A stretch of 64,000 nt of DNA. It comes from Bugula neritina. Taxonomy: Eukaryota > Animalia > Bryozoa. The stretch spans positions 744,001-808,000 of the forward strand of contig OZ037772.1 of NCBI GenBank assembly GCA_964035545.1, given 5' to 3'. The first letter of the stretch is position 1; each line of letters starts with the position of its first letter. Position numbers and translations under genes: made by a program. Positions 39,203-52,794 of this stretch are shown piece after piece. Under the pieces are notes generated by a model that ran no database searches, was not told the DNA's origin, and was given only the letters and a program-made list of their open reading frames with translations.

Positions 39203-39737
39203 ACAGGACAACAGGTTATGAATATACAGGACAACGGGCTATGAATATACAGGACAACAGGCTATGAATATACCGGACAACAGGCTATGAATATACAGGA
39301 CAACAGGCTATGAATATACAGGACAACAGGCTATAAATATACAGGACAACAGGCTATGAATATACAGGACAACAGGCTATGAATATACAGGACAACAGGC
39401 TATGGATATACAGGACAATAGGCTATGAATATACAGGACAACGGGCTATGAATATACAGGACAACGGGCTATGAATATACAGGACAACAGGCTATGAATA
39501 TACAAGACAACAGGCTATGAATATACAGGACAACAGGCTATGAATATACAGGACAACAGGCTATGAATATACAGGACAACAGGCTATGAATATACAGGAC
39601 AACAGGCTATGAACATACAGGACAACAGGCTATGAATATACAGGACAACAGGCTATGAATATACAGGACAACAGGCTATGAACATACAGGACAACAGGCT
39701 ATGAATATACAGGACAACAGGCTATGAATATACAGGA
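39203..39737. repeat. 23-bp minisatellite ACAGGACAACAGGCTATGAATAT, ~23 units
   Basis: Highly homogeneous tandem units with no spacers. Confidence 0.98.
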
Positions 39738-42395
39738 AACAGAGCACCTGTCCCAAACTCCATCTCCACAAAGTCGTCAGCCACAATAGGTATTCTCCTG
39801 TCAGCAAAAAGATGTCTCACAAATTTCCCGTGTAAGTGTTTGTATCGGCCGTCTTCAGGGTGGACAGCCACGGCAGTGTCACCTACAATAGTTACCAGAC
39901 TTTATAGTCTCTCACAGTATTGAGTATTGATATACAATTATATATTTACTGAGTGTTTACCAGATCCAACTTCACAGTCACTATACTCAGAGTACACAAC
40001 TCCCAGTAAGTTAGTATCAAGCTAATTAACCACTAACCCCTTATTCACACTTACCGTATCGTATCGTAACAGCAAATATCAGCCATTTTTACAAATGTCT
40101 GAGCTTCCTGTACGGTGTTGCGGTACGGTAGGATCAAGCACTGCTTGATTCAAATAAGTTGCGGCGGACTCCTATTGGACAGAAAAACTTTTGCGTTAAT
40201 TCATTGGATATAAATGTCTAATGTAGCGTCATAGATCGTACCTAATAGCGGACTTTGAAAACTTCAACCCGCACCTTAAACCAAAATGGAATAATAGAAT
40301 TAAAAAATTTAGGCTATCTCAAGTTCTCCACTACTGCTCCTAAGTGAGAATAGTTAGAGAAATCTACTCGAGTTACTTCAATTGGCAGCAAGAGTCAGCC
40401 ATTATTACGTTGCTAAGCAACAAAGCTATTAGTGACATTGATGTCTACTAACCCAACATAGTTTCTAATCTAGTTGTGGCCACAATAATCTTTTCGTCAG
40501 AATCTTCTACTTTATATGCAAAGGAAAGGAGAATTTCGAACTCCACCTTCTCCTTGTAGCCAGGCACAGAGAGCATAGTCCTTCCTGTCAACTCTACTTT
40601 GTCTACCTGCAATCAGTGATACAACTCTCTCAGACTATACAGGTCAAAGGTTAAACTGTAGTGTGTGCTTCTGAGTCACTGTGTTCTCATTCTTTTCTAT
40701 TAGTTCATATAATGTATATGAATGCTCGTACGAATGAATATGTGGCTGTGGTCTCATTGATGTATTCATTCGAAGATAGTCATAATGTAATATATCAGGC
40801 TGTGTCTGAATACTACTATTAGGTTAGTTACTACCAACACACAAGTCTCGCAGTGAATAACCAGTTGACGTGCACACAGTCGGGAGTCAGACTTATACTG
40901 TACGATATACCTCAATATCAGAGAAGGCAGAGTTGAGAGTACAGGACCAGTTGACCAGTCGGTTAGCTCTGTAGATCACACCTTTCTCGTGCATTCTGAT
41001 AAACGCTTTGTTCACCGCTTTCAAAGATTTCTAATAAACAATTATATATGAGTCATGTGTCAAGTGTGAACTGATTGGAGACCAGGCCTCATGATTAACC
41101 AATCATAGAGAGGATAACACACTGAGTCAGTAAACAGCCGACACGACATATAGACTCCACTACTCAAACATAATATATGTATAGAGAGGATAACTCCTCA
41201 CCTCATCCATAGTGAACGTAGTTCTGTCCCAGTCATAAGACCCGCCCACTTTCCTCAACTGATGGTAGATTCTGTCTTCTTTTCCATAGAAATTATATAA
41301 TAACACTGACCAATCATTGTGCTGCAAAACTTAGTTATATTAGCAACTTAAATAATGAGACCAATGATAGAGTGTGATGAAGTAAACCTATATTTAACTT
41401 TTTGTATATTCAATTATATATAAGAATTTCATCATATTGACGCTATTATATTATCTTATATCAAACTGTAGCAACTGAACACCAATAAGATAAAATAAAA
41501 ACTCAAACCCTAATACTAAGTCACTATGAAATGCATTTTCAAGATAAAATATTCCCTTACTGGTTCTTCCATTCCCACACTCGTCTCACAAACTCATCTC
41601 GTCCCAAATCGTGTCGAGTTTTATTCTCTTCTCTAGCGAGTTTTTTCTCGACGACAACTTGAGTGGCTATTCCTGCGTGGTCACATCCGGGTACAAACAG
41701 TGTCACCTTCCCATTCATCCGGTGCCTGACAATACAACAGAACTGACACCTGCAGACACCTGACAACACAAGCATATCAGACACCTAGAGATATTCTGGA
41801 AAGGTGCTGAAAGAAATATCTGTGGTTGAAACAACATCAATATAATAGATGAATGACTTATGCCAACCGGTACTTAACACAAATTTTATCAGCATTCAAA
41901 AAAGAATTAACAGGGGGATGTTCATAGCCTGTCTGTGGAACATCTCAAAGTGACTTGGCAAGATGCCAAAATGTCATGTAGTCACCACCAGAGGAATGGT
42001 GTCTACTGTTACATGCTATAAGCTACATACACCACCAGTTTAGTGACTAGGTAAGTACGGAGTTGTCTCATCTATATGAATGAACATCTCACCACCGAAC
42101 TATCGCATCCTCAACTGCCCCCAATCACATCTCTCTCGGTTACAAAGTAAAAAGCAACCAATCACAGTACCTGTTACAACAGAGTAACAAATCACACCTC
42201 TACGTGTTAGAAGTAACCAATCACACATTATAGACTTTACTATGATGAGAAATGTACCTTTGAGATTATACTCAGGTTTGAAGAATCCTTCCTTCTCCCA
42301 CCAAGAGCACCAGGCAGCTTCCACATAAGACGGGGAATAAGAACCAGGCATGGGAGACGTCGTGTCTAGAATAACAGAAAACTATAAAGTATAGG

Positions 42396-42525
42396 GGAGC
42401 AGCTGTGGTCTAGGGGTTAGAGCGTTTGTCTAGTGAACACGAAGCCATTGTTTGACAAAGGCCATTGGTGACGTTAGAAAGAGCATCTAGTCATAATTGC
42501 TCCTGTGCCACATCTAAATAAGTCC
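42396..42525 (+). mobile_element. Degenerate tRNA-derived SINE fragment
   Basis: An A-box-like GTGGTCTAGGGGTTAGAGCG is followed by a SINE-core-like gacgttagaaagagcatctag; there is no cloverleaf. Confidence 0.4.
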
Positions 42526-44739
42526 TTAGCCTGTTTTAACAAAAATGCTTTCCACCAGGAGTCTCTCACAAGGTTGGTGACTATACCCTGATATCTAGAT
42601 ATACTAAGTTGAGACTTGTCTTCTACTGGTCCATACAGTTCAAATATGATAAACACATGTATAAATACAATAATCTATTCATAGCCCATAGTCTAACCAC
42701 CAACAAGGACGAATAAATAAGACGTGGCCTGACACTACTACTACAACTTATATAACTTATACACAGCAGACTGTTAGGAGTATTTGAATCTGAGGCTATC
42801 CAATGTATGAGTAGGGCAGCCCTAAATGTAGGATATTGGAATACCATGTCTTATTACTTCAGTCTAAAGCAGTTCTTATACCTTCACGATTTTCAGTCAG
42901 AAATTCAATTTTGATGAGTTGCATTTCATTGTAAAAGCCAATCATCAAAATTTTTGCTTTGTGCATGCTTAATCAAATAATTTTAGAGTAACAATCAAAG
43001 GGAATGATAACTCTTTTAGATATGGGGTATTCATGTTTATAATTACATCGGCTGTCTTTTTCAATTATCACTTTTATGCTGTCAACTTAATTTATTACGT
43101 TTTCAAAGGGCATCAAATAGTGATTAAGCGAGATATATTTGAGTATTGCAGAGTGAGCTTCCTTATTAATATGATTTCAACAATTTTAAGTAAGACTATA
43201 GCGGGGCGGGAAACACTAAACTCCTTTCAGTAAAGATAGAAACGCAACTTCAGTTTAAACTGCTTACACACATAACTGTGTGTTCACTACCGAGCAGTGT
43301 ACACTGATAAATCAGTGCTATAACTGAAACTTGTAAGTAAAGGAATAAAGAGCTCAATTGAGTATAAAATGTAGAGAATAATTGAACTGAACCTTTCTTA
43401 TGGCCAACTGGTGTGTCCACGTTATACGTTACTACAGCCTTCTCCTTTTTCTCTTTCACTTTTTTCTAGAAAAAAAAATCAAATTTGAAGAAAATAAAAT
43501 GGAAATTGTTAACTACAGATAGACAACTTCCAAGTAAAAGTACAGCCATACAGTCGCAATACGAATATGTAATTCAAGTAACACTTTCATGTAGAAGTAC
43601 AACCATAAATATGAATAGAAAGTAACACAAATATATACATTTAGGAGCAGTAGTGTAGAAATCGAGATAGCCTAGGTTCTTAAATCTTATTATCAAATTT
43701 TGGTTTGAGGTTCGGGTTGAAATTCTGACAAGAACATAACTTCTTATGCTACATTTCTAATCTAGAACACAGGCTTTCTCAATTTCTCCATTACTGCACC
43801 TACCTCAGTATATATAGAATCTGTAACTAACTAAACAGACACCTCAGTAGTCGTGGCAGACTCTGCCTTCTGTTTAGCCTGCTTAGCTTGAAACTTGGTT
43901 AACTTAGCAGCTTTAGCAGCTTCTTTCTTCAACTCTTTCTCAGATTTCACCTTGACCTCGCCAGTTGGCGCATCACCAGGGGTCACTTCCGACATGTTCG
44001 TTTATTGTGAGACTTTCCTTAAAACACAATCAGCCGGCATGGAACTAATAGATATCTCAATACTAAACATACAAACTATTGACCCAGTATAGTTATAGAC
44101 AGATATCTTAATACTAATAATATAAACTAATGGCTCAGTATTGCCTTAGTTATGCGTGGGGGTTCAGTGATAAACGCCTAGAAACCACACAGTTCAATAA
44201 TGAAAGACTGTGACTTTTCACGAACAGACATCTCATCTCTGATTCTAATGAAAAATCACAAAATTTTCAGACAAACGATACTGCATTTCAACTTTGGGAC
44301 GATCACATAATAATAATCATTGTCATTTGAAAGATTCTGCTAAAATCAAAGTGCCGATGTTAATCACAAGGTCAACCATAAATGACTCAGTCTGATGACT
44401 GACGGTTATGCTTAATGATTAATTAGTAATATGAATAGATTGCAAGTGATCAGCATGATGATGGTGATGATTGCTTTTCACCATCAAAGGTCAAACTTTG
44501 TAATTGCAGCTTGAAATGTAAAATTTAATAATATTACTTTTATTTAATTATACAAGTATAACTTACTATCATAACAACATTCAACTTTATGTAGTCATTA
44601 TAAACATGATAATGGTTTACCTTTTACTGCAGGTAATCATTATACTATTCACGATTATAAATATAATTAATATAATTGTATTTATTGAAACTAAAATAAT
44701 AAGGTAAACTAAATGAATTATCGACATGAGTGTGAGTAT

Positions 44740-45135
44740 GAGTAAGCCACAACTAGAAGGTGCAGCAGCAATTTGAGATCCCCGTTTGCAATACCTCATC
44801 AAAGATATAGAACAGGTGCAAAATAATGCAATCAGATTCATTGCTAAATTGAAAGGCAGAGACAGTATCACTGTGACGCGTGACAAACTAAACCTAGAAT
44901 CTCTCCCCGACAGACGCTTCAAGCTGAGGCACAAGTTACTGTTGCGACTTCTATCTAATGAGGGAAATCAGGCATCTCTAACCAACTCCTATGAACTGAT
45001 GGACAGTAAAACCTAAAATACTAGGTTTACTAAGGCATCAAGCAGGGACGATCCCCAACCATTTTTGCAAAATCAGCAGCCTACTACAGCAGCTTCTTTC
45101 CAAAAACAGCCCGGGAGCTTAAATCTATGCTAAAT
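44740..45135 (+). mobile_element. 3' fragment of a CR1/L2-group LINE ORF2
   Basis: KPQLEGAAAI*DP..IKDIEQVQNNAIRFI..LNLESLPDRR..SFFPKT matches the RPxLEYAxxVWDP..LExVQRRAxRF..LxxRR..SFFPRT tail. Confidence 0.85.
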
Positions 45136-46489
45136 AATTAGTCAATACACCAGAGTTGTATATGTGCAACATACTGAAAATACTTGCTAGCCTGTAATCG
45201 GCAACTGTAGAGGTGTGCCTCTTGCTACATGCTCTAATGCGTGTAAGAGGTAAGAGGACTATCAATATGACTATCAATATTAGTAGAAGTACCCAAGTAC
45301 CAGTAAACATAGTAGCTGTAGAAAGTCTATCCCAATCAGTAACTGTAAGCCGTGAGGGCTGAGACTATAACTAGGAATATAAAAAACTATAACTTGAGTA
45401 TAACTAATCGAAGGTGAGTTAACATAAATTAAAAAATAATAAATATAATTACTACAACATCAAAATGAAATATGCATTATAAATATTTATATTTTAATTT
45501 TATAATAATTTTTTAATTTATTTATATCATTTTATTTAGGTTCATCACCTTTCATTATGATTAATGAAATTCATAAATCATATTCATAACGATAATCACT
45601 CGGATAATGATAATCACTTAAAAAAAATTGATAAACCCATAATCATAATGATTATTATTATCATTTATCGCTTATCAGTGATAATCATAATCAATGATTA
45701 AATCATAATGATAATCTTGATCATAATCAATATGAATATCAATATCATGTTATACTTATTCAATAATTATAATTGATTGATTCTTATTCATATTAATAAT
45801 TATAATCATAATGAATAAAAAATTATATTAACACTACAACTTACTTAATTAGAGTATCACTATTACTATTAGTATTAGTATTAGTATTACTTACAACTTG
45901 CTTATGCAAGGGAATTAAATTTTTAAAGCGTAGCATCCTTCTCAAGCAAAATAAGGATAATAAGTTTCGTCAAATTGAGTTAAAAACTACAACTTATAAG
46001 TCACAAGTATAAAGCAACTTATGCTCAGTCATCACTAATCCTAGTGGGTACGGCAAGCATATAGCATAATTTATTTCACAATGCGACAAGATTATCTAGA
46101 CGGTGCGCCTCTCATTGTACTTAAGCAATATTCAATTGTACGGTTTTTATGACTTTAAAATCCGTTTTTGAGAAGCAAGGCTAGATCGATATTGACTCGC
46201 TAAGAGTTTTCGTAAACCCGGAAACTACAACTTTTAACTTGACCGCAAAGCTGGAAGTACGATAAGCGTCGCCGTATTGATTTCAGGCGAATTTTAGTTG
46301 ATTTCTTTCAAACTGCTGAGAAGTAATATTTGCTTCCATTTTATGTCTGATCGCGATGCAATTATAAATGTTCCTAATTCAATCAATATTATGAAATAAT
46401 TAATGTAGGAAATTCAATTTTGACTATATAGAATAATCTCAATCTGAATAAGTATTATGTATTTATTGTAACACTTGCACATCGTCTTA

Positions 46490-47666
46490 GCCTAGGGCCA
46501 CACGACGCGTATTTTCGCACTCGTCGTGTGCAAAATGTCGCAAAAGTGAAAAAAGGAGTTTACTGTACGCGAATTTCATGCGTTGAAAATGCTGAACGGC
46601 AAGTGCGAAGATTTTTCTGTCGTCCTTACCTAATTGGCTGGTAGTTATTTAGCGAGCCCGGTTTTCCTAATTTGCTACTCTTTCCATTAAATTGCGCATT
46701 ATTTGTTGTATAGCGAGTAATATTTAAAAAGCAACATTTCTAGCCGTGTAAGTTTTCTACTTTCTGTGTATGTTTCTGCTATTCAGAATAGTCAAATTGA
46801 TGTAATCAAACATTTTATAGATAAAAATGAACTGGCAAGAGAAGTTGATTAATGCAGTGAGTAATTTTCTTTACAATTCTTATAAAATTTGTGATAAAAA
46901 ATGGCACTTTTTCAATTTCTCCGTGAGTTTCACTATGTCATTCATTCAAAGTCAGTCATTCAGATTCAGTTATACTTATTGGCAATACTCATACTCATAG
47001 TGATAGTCGAACTCAATCAGTCAATGTGAATGTCATAGTGATACTAGTGTTGGTCAGTACTGCACATCATCCAACACGTAATAATGGTTCAATTCATCAT
47101 TTATACTATTTGTTGTTCTAATTTCAGGTCAGGGAAAGACCATGCTTGTGGGACAAGAATCATAAACACTACATGTATAAAACTGTGAAAGAAAATAACT
47201 GGAAAGATGTTAGCAAAGAATTAGGAAATTTATTTGATGGTAGTTTATCAGTTTAATGAAGTAATTATGTCTATTGTAATCAGATATTTAATCTACCACT
47301 TTTCAAGTTTACTTTTGACTTTTATAATCTTTAGAAAAAGCATGTGCTCTGAAGTATCGGAACTTGCGGGACACCTACGTGAGACTGAAAAGAGAACAGT
47401 TAAAAGTACCCAGTGGCTCTAGTCCAATTGAACCGCCAAAATGGCCTTTTTTTCAATTGTTCAGCTTCGTGGATAATAAGAGTGGTGCAGAAAGGTTGGT
47501 TTGTCCTTACGTTAAGTAGTTTATTTATTTTTTCAACAAACAAACTTTAAAAATTATAAAATAATTTAATACACATCAAGTAATTTATTTTGCAGTAGTA
47601 TAGCTGACAATATGCCATCAGAGGATATCGTGCAAGAACTTGCGACCACTGATACAGATACAGCGA
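46490..47666 (+). mobile_element. Truncated left part of a probable PIF/Harbinger transposon
   Basis: Begins after TTA with gcctagggccacacgacg..cgtcgtgtg (Harbinger-like end) and carries a MADF gene; no transposase or right TIR is present. Confidence 0.55.
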
Positions 47667-47677
47667 CAGGGGTGTAG
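46827..47677 (+). CDS. MADF (Myb/SANT-like) DNA-binding protein, 4 exons, ~127 aa, C-terminally truncated
   Basis: Exons 46827-46856, 47128-47239, 47335-47494 and 47596-47677 splice in frame: MNWQEKLINAVRERPCLWDKNHKHY..KENNWKDVSKELG..CALKYRNLRDTYVR..SGS..KWPFFQLFSFV. This fits the MADF consensus; the gene is missed by the ORF track. Confidence 0.85.
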
Positions 47678-47975
47678 ACAGACTAAACTAGACAGGGGTG
47701 TAGACAGACTAAACTACACAGGGGTGTAGACAAACTAAACTAGACAGGGGTGTAGACAAACTAAACTAGACAGGGGTGTAGACAGACTAAACTACACAGG
47801 GGTGTAGACAAACTAAACTAGACAGGGGTGTAGACAAACTAAACTAGACAGGGGTGTAGGCAGAATAAAATACACAGGGCTGTAGACAGACTAAACTAGA
47901 CAGGGGTGTAGACAGAATAAAATACACAGGGCTGTAAACAGACTAAACTACACTGGGGTGTAGACAGACAAAACT
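47666..47975. repeat. 26-bp minisatellite ACAGGGGTGTAGACAAACTAAACTAG, ~12 units
   Basis: Only 2 units occur at the paralogous site 20591-20640. Confidence 0.96.
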
Positions 47976-48163
47976 TACTACAAACTTATAACTACCTTGT
48001 GTCATGATGTCTTTGTTCTCTCTTATAATTTGACCTTTATTTAGGGAGCAGATTTCAAGTGGGCTATTCTATAGTGACCAGTCACACTGTTTATTATAGC
48101 AACATAGAAATCAAGTTGAAAACTAGTTGCACCTGTTGTGATGCTATCAATGGGTGCTTACAG

Positions 48164-51100
48164 GTAGAGATGGAGTACCTGGACCTGTTGAGATCGGTTA
48201 TCAGGGTAAACAAGGAGATCAAGGTCCTGCAGGTAAGAATGAGGAGTTACTCACCCTTGCTTGTGTATTTCTGTTCTTTTTAGGTATTCTATAATATGCT
48301 GGGGTTTCCCTCACAGCTATTATATATGCTGGAATTCCCCTCACACCTATGATATATGCCGGGGTTTCCCTCACAGCTATGCTATATGCTGGGGTTTCCC
48401 TCACAGCTATTATATATGCTGGAATTCCCCTCACACCTATGCTATATGCCGGGGTTTCCCTCACAGATATTCTATATGCTGGGGTTTCCCTCACAGATAT
48501 GCTATATGCTGGGGTTCTCCTCACAGCTAGTCTGCACTAAGGCAGGGAGTAGGCTAAGTAATCATATTGAATCCCAGCAGTGCTTGTTACTTCAACTGAC
48601 AGGATTACTGTGTATGATAGTTACTCTGAGTGGTTTCCATGGATCATTTTTACCATATTGTTTGCCACATGATGCATTGTCTTAGTAAAAACAAGAAAAC
48701 AAAGAAATATACCAGAAATGTTGAGAATTGTGGTGTTCCAGAATTAATAAATGACCACTTGTAATGCGTACTGGTGCTGCTTGGTTCATAGGACCTGTCG
48801 AACAAGCTGGAGAACCTGGTCTGGATGGCAGAAATGGAAAGACAGGAGAAACTGCACGAACTAGTATGCCTGGTCCAACCGGCTCAAGGGGGGTCACTGG
48901 AGAACCCGGATCTGATGGAAGGTATTTTTTGTGCTTTACTCTACCCTATGCAGCTTCTTGGAACTTTTTATTTGATTTAGTTTTTATAATTTGTTATCAA
49001 TTTTTTCAGAGACGGTTTACCTGGAGTACCGGGTGCTGATGGTAGACCTGGGGAGCAGGGTGATCAAGGAGACAAGGGTGATAAGGTAAGAACATTCTTT
49101 ATTCAGTTTTCTATTTATTTCAGTTCTCTGGTTTTCCACTAGTCAATCCTGTAGTTGTTTATTTGTTTTAGTTTATTTATGTTAATACTAAAGTTGCTTC
49201 AGTGACATCACATGATGTAATATATTACATAACAGTGCAGTATAATACACCATAATATAATATGTTATACAATACAATAATATTACAGAAAATATAATTC
49301 ACTAATATCTCACAGCTAAGGTGTGTCTCCTAAATATATTCATTACTATAGGGACCAGCTGGGCCACAGGGTGCTTCTGGACCAACTGGATTGTCTGGGC
49401 CAACTGGTCCTCAGGGACCCCAGGGAGCTTCCGGGAATTCCCGGCGAACAAGGACCTAAAGGTATGAATTAAGTTGAACCAATCTTTGTCCTTAGTTATT
49501 GGCCATCAACAGAATCTTGACTCTAAGAGTTATCCTACTTGGTAAGAAGGTAAGGCAATTCCTAACTCATGATAATATGAATATCATCTGCTGTTGTAAG
49601 ACCCACTGGTTTCCAGGGACCTCAGGGATTCCTCGGAGCTCCTGGTGTTGATGGTTAAAGGGGAGATGTTGGATCAGTTGGCATTGCTGGACCACCCGGG
49701 CTACGGGGTGCTGACGGCAAAGAAGGAATAACTGGTCTTCTGGTGCTATGGGACCACCTGGACCTGATGGTGCTAAGGTAAACACTTACACTGTTAGCAG
49801 GTTATTGTTATTCATCTTGTTGGTTTAGTGGTAATAAACCAATAGTTCTAGGGTGAGCAAAGGAGAGTTGGGGAAATGGGTAGTCCTGGCAGTCCTGGAC
49901 CTCCTGGACCACCTGGTGAAGCCCCAGTATTTGGTTAGTTATTAGCAAAGCCAAGTTATTGTCCATTACTTGTATCTTTTTTTATTTTCTTTCAACTGTT
50001 TATTGGTAATATTTTGGGAATTTCATCCATAGCCTGTGGTTGAAGCTTTATTTTATTCTACCATGGGTTATGTTAGGCGCGCCCCCTATGATGATGAGTG
50101 CAATGATGTCCAACGGTAAAGGTGTACAAGCAGATGATGCAGGCGCCAACAATGAGCTCTATAATATGTACCTCAGTGAGTAATGGTCATGATGTGCTTT
50201 GATGTTGCCTGCTTTGTAGTGGAAAAGATCTTTTAAATAGTGTTTTGGAACTCAAATGACGGACCTGTTTCAAATTGTGTGTATGTTTTTACAGACAAAC
50301 AATTTTATAATTTACTGCTAGAAACTATTGTAATAAAAATATAGACAGCTGTTATAATGTATTTTTCCTCCTAGCATTGATGATTGACATTCTTGTTTGA
50401 TGAGTCACCTATTTAGTTCGTTTCTCCAGTTAAATGTTTCTACATTCTGACATATTATATAATGTTGATTTATTGCTGTTAGCTTACATAACTACTTCCA
50501 CTTTATTTCTCTAGAAACAGAAGTAAGAGACGGGTCCAAAGACGGCCCTGTTAGAGACTGTAGAGAACTCTTCACTGAAAACCCAGACTTCAAAAGTGGA
50601 ACTTATTGGGTGAGATAAGATGCTGATATGTTTCTATTTTCTCTGCTCAGAAGAAATCTGCATCCAAGTCTAATGACTGAAATTTTGTGAACATGTTTTA
50701 CATTCTACAATTACTACTCCTGAGGTGTCAATATCATGTCACGTGAAGTTTCCACAGATATTTAATGTTTAAGAATAAGAGTTTTTCCATGAGTTGCCTG
50801 TATTATATAATTCTGTATATTTAACAGCTGAACAGGTTTTAGAAGTTTTATGTGATGTTTGTATTGTGTTAGTGTGAAAAAGAGAAGTTGTATTCTCTAT
50901 TGTTTGTTGTCAGGTGGATCCAGATGGTGGCTCCATAGCTAATGCTATCCAGGCTTACTGTCGCAAGGAAAGGAAGAGCACTTGTATTAATGCCAATACC
51001 TCTGAGTTTGCCACCAAATCGTACGTCACCCAGCAGCTAGATAATCAGCCATTCGTTGCTAAACACATGGGAACAACAATTGTGAGTGTTTATCTTGCAT

Positions 51101-52087
51101 CAACCATGACTTTCTCAGTAATACTTGAGAATATTCAAAAGTTTTATGTTGAGAATTGTCGCTATAGTAACATATTTGTTTACTGTATGGATGTTGATAA
51201 GTGTTGCTATAGTAACATGTTGGTTTCCTGTATGGATGTTGATAAGTGTTGCTATAGTAACATGTTGGTTTCCTGTATGGATTGTAGTTTGAGTATCAGG
51301 CAGAGTCTTCCCAACTCAACTTCCTTCGAATTCATTCTGAGAGAGCAAAGCAAACCCTGACTTACAGGTAATAGTCACTGCTAGCAGCTTATCAAATAGT
51401 CACTAGTTGCTAGTCACCAGTTGCTAGTTGCCAATCACCAGATACTAGTCCTCTACTATGTTGCAAGTCACTTGATAATCTGAACAATCACAGGCTTTTT
51501 TAAGCTGAGCGAGTTGTTGGTATGACTATTCCTTTTGTCGATTGTAGATGTATAAACTCAGTGGCGGTAGAAGACGCATACGGTAGGAAGAATAAGTCAG
51601 TCATTTTATATACAGCTGGTGATAAAGAATACACAGCGACAGATAGCAGGTTTCAATATTCAGTGCTGCAGGATGATTGCAAGGTATGTAAATGTGACCT
51701 ATATAATGTAAATCTGACCTATATAGTGTAAACCTGATCTATATAGTGTAAATCTGACTTCTATAGTGTGAATATGACCTGCATATGCACATGATTGCGA
51801 TAGTTGCATCTTTTGTTCTATTAATTTACTGTGGAGCTTGCTTTTGAGGCTTGTAATAAATGTTTACGAGTTCAACCCAAAAGCCACTTTGAGTGCTGTA
51901 CGAGTTTAGAGTTTTGAGTTTGCCGTCTGCCATTTTGTAGTATGCCAAATCATCAGAAGCTCAGACAGTGATTGAGATCGACACCAAGACCGCCACCCAC
52001 TTGCCTATTATTGACATTGCTCCTGGTGACATCGGGACCACCCACAAAGAGTTTGGGGTTCAGCTTGGAGAAGTCTGCTTTTCATAG
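48164..52087 (+). pseudogene. Fibrillar collagen 3' portion, copy 2: broken Gly-X-Y exons but open COLFI C-propeptide
   Basis: Helix exons 48164-48232, 48792-48921, about 49010-49085, 49352-49461 (frameshift) and about 49600-49777 (TAA and frameshift). The following exons are in frame: 49852-49933, 50077-50175 (QADDA), 50515-50609 (DGSKDGPVRDC..SGTYW), 50914-51081 (VDPDGG..AIQAYC..TCI), 51288-51367 (QLNFLR..AKQTLTY), 51548-51683 and 51941-52087 (LPIIDIAPGDIG..FGVQLGEVCFS*). AATAAA at 52247. Confidence 0.92.
48290..48530. repeat. 30-bp minisatellite TATATGCTGGGGTTTCCCTCACAGCTATGC, ~8 units
   Basis: 10-aa periodicity in the overlapping ORFs. Confidence 0.95.
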
Positions 52088-52794
52088 ACTCATATCTAAC
52101 AACAGTTTTATTTGTCTGATTTGTAAGACTGTCCCTGATTAGATAATTAGTGGCCAATCAGAGAATTCAATCAATGTTGGTTGGCTGAGACCAGCAGTCT
52201 GATTCTTATATAACCTAATTTTTAAATGAAATATTTGATTACTCTAAATAAATTTATCCGAGACTTCCAAGGCAGTGATGGTGATTTTTGTACATATAAA
52301 TTTGAAGGAGTTTAGCTATAGGGTTTATGCTGTTCTTTTAATTATTCCACCATAACCTGAGATTGTGAGTAGTAGTTCTAGAATGAGGTAGGGAGGGTGT
52401 AACGCCCTTCCCTATGACTTTATATATTTAGAAACTGTTGTTAATTTAGTAATTCTGTTGGTGCTACATTTTTAAATTCATTTAATCCAACCATTTCTCT
52501 ATTACAAAATATATTTTACCATAAGGTGCTACACAATTTATTTCTCAGCTTGTAGATTTCATCATCAAAATTATTGAAGTAATAAAATTGGTCAAGAATT
52601 TGAAAGAAGCTGCAGTTTTCAGATCTGATTATTTAACCTATTCATCCTGAAATGAGACATTGTTAGTTTAAAATGGAATTTAACATATATTTTAGTTACT
52701 TAGTTCCAACTGTGTTGACCATATCCACATTTTAAATTTTACTTTGGCTGCTATGAAGTATATAAGCAAATGGCATTGAGTTATTAATATATAA

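Larger units (their letters stand above)
38184..43995 (-). pseudogene. VARS1: Valyl-tRNA synthetase, 5' half only, with missing internal exons
   Basis: Exons 43995-43843, 43465-43393, 42365-42258 ([27 protein letters not shown]), 41725-41561 ([16 protein letters not shown]), 41284-41202 (acceptor AG mutated to GG), 41030-40911 (RLVNWSC..SDIE), 40606-40453 ([10 protein letters not shown]), 39882-39748 ([15 protein letters not shown]) and 38345-38184 ([14 protein letters not shown]). The HIGH-motif exon and the KITPAHD region are absent, and no KMSKS half was found. Confidence 0.9.

Noticed and set aside
46200-46300. Housekeeping-promoter-like motifs (CCGGAA, ACTACAA, GGAAGT)
   Set aside because: Short motifs with no attributable downstream gene.
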